Shown: positions 1-5,888 of the stretch, piece by piece
How the letters are laid out: each line of letters begins with the position of its first letter
Numbering within the stretch: the first letter of the stretch is position 1
Source of the DNA: Bacteroidales bacterium
GTDB lineage: Bacteria > Bacteroidota > Bacteroidia > Bacteroidales > Tenuifilaceae
Direction of reading: 5' to 3'
Assembly: GCA_017524185.1 (NCBI GenBank)
Contig: JAFWUG010000071.1
Span: 3,445 to 67,444 of the forward strand
Length of the DNA stretch: 64,000 nt
Translations under genes and position numbers: made by a program
Notes under the pieces: generated by a model
Database searches by the model: none
What the model was told of the DNA's origin: nothing
The model's input: only the letters and a program-made list of their open reading frames with translations

Positions 1-1
1 C

Positions 2-391
2 AACTTTGTGTCGAACCAACGGTGGCGCTACTCCGATGGCGGCCTTGCCATCATGCTACGCCTTGAGCGGCGCAAAGGCCGCGTTTGCCTCACCCACGGC
101 GCTGCAATCCCCTTTTGGGTGTCGGCTCCCATGCTGAGCAACGGAACAAAAGACTTCCGCGTGTTCCCCATCTACCATGCCGAAGCCACAGGCCAACGTT
201 TCGGCTCCGAACACGCCGACTTTGCCCAGTTCGCCGCCGACACCCGCCGCCTGCTCGACTCAGCCGGGCACGGCTTCCCCGAAGCCCGCTACGACGTGTT
301 CACCCGCACATGGGTGCTACCATGGCAACCCACGCCAAAAAAAATAGAACCAATAACCACTTGGAATATAAAACAATGGAAAGAAAATTAA
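2..391 (+). CDS. 3' part of a gene running off the left edge; tentatively CapA/PGA_cap-type protein C-terminus
   Basis: The frame is open from the window edge to TAA at 389-391, with GC-rich coding-like composition. The family call rests only on general sequence character and is weak. Confidence 0.4.
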   Translation, partial: NFVSNQRWRYSDGGLAIMLRLERRKGRVCLTHGAAIPFWVSAPMLSNGTKDFRVFPIYHAEATGQRFGSEHADFAQFAADTRRLLDSAGHGFPEARYDVFTRTWVLPWQPTPKKIEPITTWNIKQWKEN

Positions 392-986
392 CCACCATTG
401 CTGTCGCTATTGCTTTTGCAATAACCCTCAACTCCAATGCTCTGTAGTTGCCTTTGGATATTTGGAGAGAAATATACAAAGCAATCATAAACAATACCGA
501 TGCAGAGGTTCTGTTTTTATCACATAGTTCAAAGACATGGATAGTCGATAAAAACGAAAAAAAAGATAACGTAGTAACCAACCAACGGATAGACACCCTC
601 CTAATTTTACCTAATGAAACATATAAAACGTACAACTACGGACGTAGTGGATCATTTGCTACACCCGATTTTAAAAATATACTGATAGACCGCACTAAAT
701 ACAACTACTCCAACTCATTATATGGGCATCGACTATTTTATTACTACACCGACTCGGTGGATTTTTTTTTTTCAACAACCAAAGACGAATAGTCATTGTG
801 AATGATGATAAAATGGGACAATTTACAGCCCTCGACAAATTTTGGGAAACAAACCGATGGATCGAATCCATGTGCATACAAAAAAAGCCACCTGCAAGTG
901 TACATTCAACTATTTCATCACCAACGAGATGTATGAAATGGCCAAACCAATATAACATAACGGACGCGATGAGCTATAGGCGATAA
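376..986 (+). pseudogene. Decayed gene for a small secreted protein: signal peptide, in-frame TAG, then a frame break at a T11 run
   Basis: ATG at 376 encodes MERKLTTIAVAIAFAITLNSNAL (Sec-type signal peptide). An in-frame TAG follows at 445-447. The same frame continues from 448 to 792 with no ATG (the track ORF starts at TTG). A T11 homopolymer lies at 762-772. The frame open from 699 to 986 would be joined by a +1 T change. The region is AT-rich. Confidence 0.55.
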
Positions 987-1101
987 AACAGATGCCACAA
1001 AAACGCTTCCAAATAAATTTAGATTGCTGTATTTCAGCTATTTATATCTATTCAATGCTGGAATGAGGCACTGTCGCAGCCACGCGAAAAAACTACGTCG
1101 C

Positions 1102-1126
1102 TGTACGGACGCGATTTATCGTGTCC
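1102..1126. repeat. Copy 1 of a dispersed ~25-nt palindromic element TGTACGGACGCGATTTATCGTGTCC
   Basis: Hairpin GGACGCGA-TTTA-TCGTGTCC preceded by TGTAC. Near-identical copies occur in inverted orientation at 54615-54638 and 55146-55170. Confidence 0.6.
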
Positions 1127-1160
1127 CTTTTTCGGCATAGCTGGGTGCATAGTCAAAATA

Positions 1161-1188
1161 GTAGAGCCGCTACGATTCGCGGCTCTGC
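1161..1188 (-). terminator. Hairpin downstream of the small ORF 1194-1352
   Basis: AGAGCCGC (1163-1170) pairs with GCGGCTCT (1179-1186) across an 8-nt loop. On the minus strand it is followed by TATTTTG. Confidence 0.4.
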
Positions 1189-1193
1189 TAATG

Positions 1194-1352
1194 CTATGCT
1201 GCCGAAAGCAGGTGCTGCAATAGGCTGTCAGGCATTTGCGGGGTAAGCCGCTCAAGGCTCTGTAGCAACTCGGCCAACTCGCTGGCCGCAGGGTCGTTGC
1301 CCACGCTAAAAGTGCTTTCTAATGCATTGGGGTCGGTGTAGATATCAGTCAT
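1194..1352 (-). CDS. Small hypothetical protein (52 aa), below the ORF-track cutoff
   Basis: Hand-translated: ATG at 1352, TAG at 1194-1196, MTDIYTDPNALESTFSVGNDPAASELAELLQSLERLTPQMPDSLLQHLLSAA. Codon usage is GC-rich and a hairpin lies immediately downstream. No homology was recognised. Confidence 0.3.
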   Translation of the reverse strand: MTDIYTDPNALESTFSVGNDPAASELAELLQSLERLTPQMPDSLLQHLLSAA

Positions 1353-1402
1353 AGGCTTGGGCTTTTTGAAGTTGCTTAAATTGATGCCTATATAACGCCA
1401 AA

Positions 1403-1426
1403 CCCCGCTGCTTTATTGCAGCGGGG
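1403..1426 (-). terminator. Stem-loop after the ECF sigma gene
   Basis: CCCCGCTGC (1403-1411) pairs with GCAGCGGGG (1418-1426) across a 6-nt loop, followed by TTTGG on the minus strand. It lies 57 nt after the stop at 1483. Confidence 0.55.
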
Positions 1427-1482
1427 CTCCAAAAATTTACGTACCTAACAAAAGAAAACTTACCATGGTTGGGCATAAAGCC

Positions 1483-2076
1483 CTATATGCTCACCGGCAA
1501 ACTGATGTTGTTAGCCTCAATAGTCTTGCGCATGTTCATGATGGCGTAGCGCATGCGGCCCAGGGCGGTGTTGATGCTCACGTTGGTGAGGTCGGCAATC
1601 TCCTTGAAGCTCAAATCACCGTAGTAGCGCAGCAGCACCACCTCGCGCTGCTCCATGGGCAGCTCGTTGAGCAGGCTGCGCACATCGGCCAGCACCTGGC
1701 CGTACACCATACGCTGCTCCACGTTGGCCTCAGAGAAGCGGGCGGTGGCGAACAGGTCGTAGTCGTAGCTGCTGCTGAGCAGCTCCTGCCGTTGCTTGCT
1801 GCGGCGGAAATGGTCGATAACAATGTTATGGGCAATGCGGATGAGCCACGAGCCAAACTTGTTGTCGTCGGAGTATTGGCCGCGCTTAAGCGACTGAATA
1901 GCCTTGATGAATGTGTCCTGCGTGAGATCCTCGGCCAGGTGCGACTGATGCACCATCATTAGGATATAAACATAGACCTTGCGCTCGTAGCGCTTTATGA
2001 GCTGCTCCAATGCAGCACGCTCGCCATTGATATAGTCCGACAGAAGCTCGTAATCGGTACGACCTTGAGTTTTCAC
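1483..2076 (-). CDS. RNA polymerase ECF-type sigma-70 family factor
   Basis: 197 aa with a GTG start. Region 2 (DLTQDTFIKA, WLIRIAHNIVIDHFR) and region 4 HTH (SFKEIADLTNVSINTALGRMRYA) are present. Confidence 0.9.
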   Translation of the reverse strand: MKTQGRTDYELLSDYINGERAALEQLIKRYERKVYVYILMMVHQSHLAEDLTQDTFIKAIQSLKRGQYSDDNKFGSWLIRIAHNIVIDHFRRSKQRQELLSSSYDYDLFATARFSEANVEQRMVYGQVLADVRSLLNELPMEQREVVLLRYYGDLSFKEIADLTNVSINTALGRMRYAIMNMRKTIEANNISLPVSI

Positions 2077-2172
2077 GGTAACCTCTCTTTCTGTTTTGGT
2101 TTACTGTGTAGAGCTTCTCTCGATAGGCAATGGGCTTTAGTGGTTAAAAACTGCGTTTGTTTTTGCGAACCG

Positions 2173-2180
2173 CAAAGGTA
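2173..2180 (-). promoter_or_regulatory. Bacteroidetes-type -7 box TACCTTTG upstream of the ECF sigma gene
   Basis: Matches TAnnTTTG on the minus strand, about 97 nt upstream of the GTG at 2076. Confidence 0.35.
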
Positions 2181-2199
2181 ACGATTCTTTGTATAGCAG

Positions 2200-2215
2200 A
2201 GCAACTTTTGTGCCA
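2200..2215 (-). promoter_or_regulatory. Sigma-54 -24/-12 promoter (TGGCACAAAAGTTGCT)
   Basis: Perfect match to TGGCAC-N5-TTGCW on the minus strand in the intergenic region, about 125 nt upstream of the ECF sigma start. Confidence 0.6.
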
Positions 2216-2302
2216 AAAAAAATTGGTGTTGCTCTGTTTTGCAGTTTACGCAAAAGCGGTGGCCATGGTTACATAAGCTGCAAAAATTTTCTTTTGCTGG
2301 AC

Positions 2303-2322
2303 GGCGCGGAATAGTATTCCGC
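2303..2322. promoter_or_regulatory. Palindromic 20-mer GGCGCGGAATAGTATTCCGC, copy 1 (candidate enhancer/UAS site)
   Basis: Exact repeat of 2362-2381. The internal palindrome is GCGGAAT-AGT-ATTCCGC. It lies about 90 nt upstream of the -24 element. Confidence 0.5.
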
Positions 2323-2361
2323 TATAAAAGGAGAAACGCGAAACGCTCCAAAGAGGCAATG

Positions 2362-2381
2362 GGCGCGGAATAGTATTCCGC
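2362..2381. promoter_or_regulatory. Palindromic 20-mer GGCGCGGAATAGTATTCCGC, copy 2
   Basis: Exact 20/20 repeat, 59 bp from copy 1. Confidence 0.5.
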
Positions 2382-2422
2382 GTAACGGACGAAATAGGAT
2401 TTCGCACAGCCTGCATGTATGC

Positions 2423-2453
2423 AAAAAGCCGCCCCAATGAGGGCGGCTTTTTT
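2423..2453. terminator. Bidirectional rho-independent terminator
   Basis: AAAAA-AGCCGCCC-CAATGA-GGGCGGCT-TTTTT. It lies 19 nt after the stop of the lipoprotein gene (2472). Confidence 0.75.
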
Positions 2454-2471
2454 ATATATAAAAAATAGAAA

Positions 2472-3503
2472 CTATAGGTTAAATATCAACTTTAAGTGAG
2501 CATAAAGTTTAGGCATATCAGATGTTGCTTGACCTGTTTGACCGCCATCTTTATACGTAATAACACCACTTACTACGTCAAGGCTACCAATACCACACTC
2601 TTTACCATCTTGTATGGCAAAGATCTCTATCTTAGTCTCTTTTGTAATCTTAGTAGTGCCATCTATCTTAAGTTTAATATCTCCCCACCTAAGCTCGGCT
2701 TTATCCTTACCTACTAGTCCAGCTAAAGCCTGAGCATGTACATCCTGATAACTGTATATAGGATTTGTTACATCCATATTACGCACAATATAAAACATAC
2801 GTAAATAACTACCATTTCCAATAGTAATACCACCAAAACCTACACCGCTTGTAGCATTAGCGTTATACAAAATAGCAAAATCTTTTCCACCACTTGCTGT
2901 ACTATTAAACCTAAACGTAAAATCACCCAGATCTTTATTTTCGCGGTCAACAGTACAAGTAATTGGCGAAAATATTTGCGTTGTAAGATCAGGATAAAAA
3001 ATAGACGCACTAACGCTTAACTTAGGATCAGTTTCTTGACCTGCATATTGAACATAAGCATACTCCCCACCGTCCTCTAACGGAAAATACACAATAGAAT
3101 TTTTATCACCTCCTTCAATTGGCGTACCATCATCGTTCACTGTTAAATTCATTCCTTCCTCGAGGTTTCCATTAACATCCATTTCATATCCAACACCTGG
3201 TTGTATTGTCGTGTTGTCATGCCAAAAGAACAAGAAATCTTGGTAATAAGTACGATCCATATGCGGAATTTCACCCTCAAATTTTTTGTTACCTGCTTTT
3301 GCAAGCATCTTATCTATGATTTTAATAGCTGGTTCAGCAGCTATGTCTGCCTCTAAACCTGCAATTGCCTCATCAGATGCAATAAACGCAGCAAAAGCCT
3401 CTTCTTTTGTAAGGTCATCACCTTTCTTCTTCTTGCAGGAGGTCATCATGAGTCCTGCGCAAGCTACGAACGCGAGTCCGAGCATGAGTTTGTTTAGTTT
3501 CAT
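2472..3503 (-). CDS. Hypothetical lipoprotein (AT-rich gene)
   Basis: 343 aa. The signal peptide and lipobox are MKLNKLMLGLAFVACAGLMMTSC followed by KKKKGDD. GC content is clearly lower than in neighbouring genes. No family was recognised. Confidence 0.75.
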   Translation of the reverse strand: MKLNKLMLGLAFVACAGLMMTSCKKKKGDDLTKEEAFAAFIASDEAIAGLEADIAAEPAIKIIDKMLAKAGNKKFEGEIPHMDRTYYQDFLFFWHDNTTIQPGVGYEMDVNGNLEEGMNLTVNDDGTPIEGGDKNSIVYFPLEDGGEYAYVQYAGQETDPKLSVSASIFYPDLTTQIFSPITCTVDRENKDLGDFTFRFNSTASGGKDFAILYNANATSGVGFGGITIGNGSYLRMFYIVRNMDVTNPIYSYQDVHAQALAGLVGKDKAELRWGDIKLKIDGTTKITKETKIEIFAIQDGKECGIGSLDVVSGVITYKDGGQTGQATSDMPKLYAHLKLIFNL

Positions 3504-3547
3504 TGTAGTGGTATTGTTAAGTTAAACAGTTTACGGGTTAGGTGTAC

Positions 3548-3563
3548 AGCAAAAAGTGGGCCA
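3548..3563 (-). promoter_or_regulatory. Sigma-54-type -24/-12 promoter (TGGCCCACTTTTTGCT)
   Basis: GG and GC fall at consensus spacing, with one mismatch to TGGCAC-N5-TTGCW. The -12 element lies about 46 nt upstream of the ATG at 3503. Confidence 0.5.
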
Positions 3564-3800
3564 CAACAAAACACAATGCTACAAAAAAAACATGGGCGCA
3601 TGCAAAACGCTCGTTGTCAAACAGGTATTGTTCACTGTGCATGGTTCGCAACATAGGCATTGCATGTTATAACGAGACAAGGTCGCGTTTTGTTGCGCAC
3701 GGGGCGCGATGGGGGCGGCCATCCTGCCTAGTCGCGCTTGGTGGCTGGAAGAATAAACAGACCTTATAAGAAGCGCAACAGAACGAACCACCTATTTGTG

Positions 3801-3917
3801 CAAATTTTTCGGTGCATAGAAGTCAATAAATATAAGCGTTTCAGAAAAAACTGCAAATTATCGCGTTTTTGGAAGGCAAAAAGTGCAGATTATCGCGTTT
3901 TGGTTGATATATCATTG
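3801..3917. repeat. 117-bp direct repeat, copy 1
   Basis: About 85% identical to 3969-4085. It contains two 32-bp sub-repeats: AAAAAACTGCAAATTATCGCGTTTTTGG and AAAAAGTGCAGATTATCGCGTTTTGG. Confidence 0.8.
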
Positions 3918-3968
3918 TAAATCAAATATATATAAGCAAACAGGCATAATTCCACCAGCATAATAGTA

Positions 3969-4085
3969 CAAATTTCGCCACGCATGGAAGTCAATAAATA
4001 TAGGCATTTTAGAAAAAACTGCAATTTATCGCGTTTTTGGATAGCAAAAAGCGCAGATTATCGCGTTTTATAGTGAATGACATTG
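3969..4085. repeat. 117-bp direct repeat, copy 2
   Basis: Same block as 3801-3917, offset by 168 bp. It ends 20 nt before the stop of the ATPase gene. Confidence 0.8.
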
Positions 4086-4104
4086 GCAAACTACTGACAC
4101 ACAA

Positions 4105-5538
4105 CTACATATCTACAAGTGCTTCTTTGGCCATGTCGTTGAGCTTTGATGCGTCGAAAGGTTTTACAACTGATGGTTCGGTGTCGAAATCAAGCAAAAA
4201 CTGCATGTACAACGGGAGCGTAAGCAAAGAGCCGCAGCGGCCAACATTGTAGTCGCCAAACTTGATGATTTGCTGCACTTGGTATTTATCGGGGTGTTTG
4301 AGTACGGTTGATGCGCTCTTGGACTGGTTGCCCTTGGCCTTCACCTCAATGGGCACGCACTCGCCATGCAATCGTGCCAAAAAATCGAGCTCGAGTCCCG
4401 AATCTTTTTGGAAATAGTAGAGCGGTTGCCCCTTTTTATGAAGCGTGTCGGCCATCAGGTTTTCGAAGATGGCGCCCTTGAATCCACCCAAACGCCCCCG
4501 TAGTATGTCGGCGCGAGTGCCTGCGCCAAGCATCTCCACCAGCAAGCCTATGTCGGCCAAATAGACCTTGAATATGTTGTGGCGGGCGTTGCCCTCCATG
4601 GGAAGCCCAGTGATGTCGGTGTTGTAGCATCGGCATATAAGGCCAGCATCCTCGAGCCACTGAAGCGAGCCAGTGTAGGTTTCGCCCCTTCCGCCAGGCT
4701 TTACCTTGGTGTATTGAAACTTCTTGTTTTCCTTTGCAAGCTGCTTAGGCACAGAACCAAAGCACTCCCTGATGTGCGGTTTGTCCTTGTCAGGGGCGTA
4801 CTTCGCCATGTCGTCGCGATACTCCTTTAGTATGGAACGATACTCCTTGCTTACATCGTTCACGTTGTTGGTGCGGAGGAACGCATTGATTGGCGCGGGC
4901 AAACCGCCTATGGCTACGTAGAGATTCAAGTAGTCGCGCATGGCCACATGAATGCCTGCGGGTACGGGCTTTTCGGCTCGATAGTGATGCCGCAAAGTAT
5001 CTATAACATCAGTGTTCACGCCGTTAGCCCACAGAAACTCCTCAAAATCAAGCGGATACATTTCAATAATTTCTTCGCCCCCAACAGGCACGGAGTCGAT
5101 ACCCGTAGCCCACTGCATATCCATATTACGGCGTTTTTTGCGAAGTTCGTCGCCATAGCCTCTAACGCCAAGCAACGAGCCAGTTGCAATTACATCGAAA
5201 CGCCCATCCTCGTTGAAAAACTTGAGCGATGTACGCGCCTCGGGGCATTCCTGTATCTCGTCGAAAATGATACAGGTTTTATACGGAACAAACTTACTAC
5301 CAGCCACTTGTGCCGATAGGTTAAGCACTATGTTGTCAACCTCCTTGGAGTCGAGAAAAGCCTCAACAAGCTTGGGTTCTTTGATGAAGTTTAGATAAAC
5401 GACATGACTATAGTTTGCCTCGGCAAAATGCTGCGCAATGTAGGTTTTCCCACACTGCCGAATACCCATTATCAAAAGGGGCTTATGATTCGGAGTGTTT
5501 TTCCACTCCAAAAGTGATGCTTCAATTTTACGCCTCAT
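4105..5538 (-). CDS. AAA+ ATPase of the AAA_14/DUF4143 family (COG1373-like), paralog 1
   Basis: Walker A is GIRQCGKTY and Walker B is IIFDEIQ. It is collinear with the paralog at 27676-29046. I placed the start at the internal ATG 5538 (MRRKIEASLLEWKN), which aligns with the paralog N-terminus. The longest ORF extends to 5640, into the repeat array. Confidence 0.8.
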   Translation of the reverse strand: MRRKIEASLLEWKNTPNHKPLLIMGIRQCGKTYIAQHFAEANYSHVVYLNFIKEPKLVEAFLDSKEVDNIVLNLSAQVAGSKFVPYKTCIIFDEIQECPEARTSLKFFNEDGRFDVIATGSLLGVRGYGDELRKKRRNMDMQWATGIDSVPVGGEEIIEMYPLDFEEFLWANGVNTDVIDTLRHHYRAEKPVPAGIHVAMRDYLNLYVAIGGLPAPINAFLRTNNVNDVSKEYRSILKEYRDDMAKYAPDKDKPHIRECFGSVPKQLAKENKKFQYTKVKPGGRGETYTGSLQWLEDAGLICRCYNTDITGLPMEGNARHNIFKVYLADIGLLVEMLGAGTRADILRGRLGGFKGAIFENLMADTLHKKGQPLYYFQKDSGLELDFLARLHGECVPIEVKAKGNQSKSASTVLKHPDKYQVQQIIKFGDYNVGRCGSLLTLPLYMQFLLDFDTEPSVVKPFDASKLNDMAKEALVDM

Positions 5539-5564
5539 AGCGTCTGCTTTGCTGTTTAAAAACG

Positions 5565-5572
5565 CAAATGTA
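5565..5572 (-). promoter_or_regulatory. -7 box TACATTTG for ATPase paralog 1
   Basis: TAnnTTTG on the minus strand, about 27 nt upstream of ATG 5538. Confidence 0.45.
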
Positions 5573-5607
5573 TGATTTTCGGGTATATAAAACAAATATT
5601 GTTGCAA

Positions 5608-5793
5608 TTTTTCCAACGACTTTTGATGCAACCAACGCATTTTTTCTAACGACTTATGATGCTATCAACGTAATTTTTATAATGACTTATGATACTATCA
5701 ACACATTTTTTACAATGACTTTTAATGCAACCAACGCATTTTTTCTACCGACTTTTGATGCAACGAACGCATTTTTTCCAACGACTTTTGACA
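5608..5793. repeat. 33-bp tandem array, 5.6 units (consensus TTTTTCYAACGACTTTTGATGCAACCAACGCAT)
   Basis: The GACTT anchor falls at 5618, 5651, 5684, 5717, 5750 and 5783, which are exact 33-bp steps. The last unit is truncated. Confidence 0.95.
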
Positions 5794-5888
5794 AGGTGCA
5801 TCCGTGCGGCAAACACCAACAAGCCCTCCCCGTCGATGTGGCACTCCCAACTTTTTACACTACTTTTGCAACGGAAAAAACGAGCAGA

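Noticed and set aside
445-447. Stop-codon reassignment or programmed readthrough at the in-frame TAG
   Set aside because: TAG terminates well-supported genes in this window (for example mnmE at 7284-7286). A second lesion, the T11 frame break, lies in the same gene, which favours pseudogenisation.
3564-3800. A known structured RNA (tmRNA, SRP RNA, RNase P RNA, 6S) in the 600-nt gap upstream of the lipoprotein gene
   Set aside because: I could not find any signature sequence of these RNAs by eye. Only an interrupted inverted repeat is present, and it is reported under the sigma-54 finding.
5568-5888. N-terminal extension of mnmE (long ORF 5568-7286 reading FDATNAFF repeats)
   Set aside because: The extension is simply the 33-bp (11-codon) array read in an open frame. 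MnmE proteins start close to the IAAISTPxG motif, which follows the ATG at 5889.
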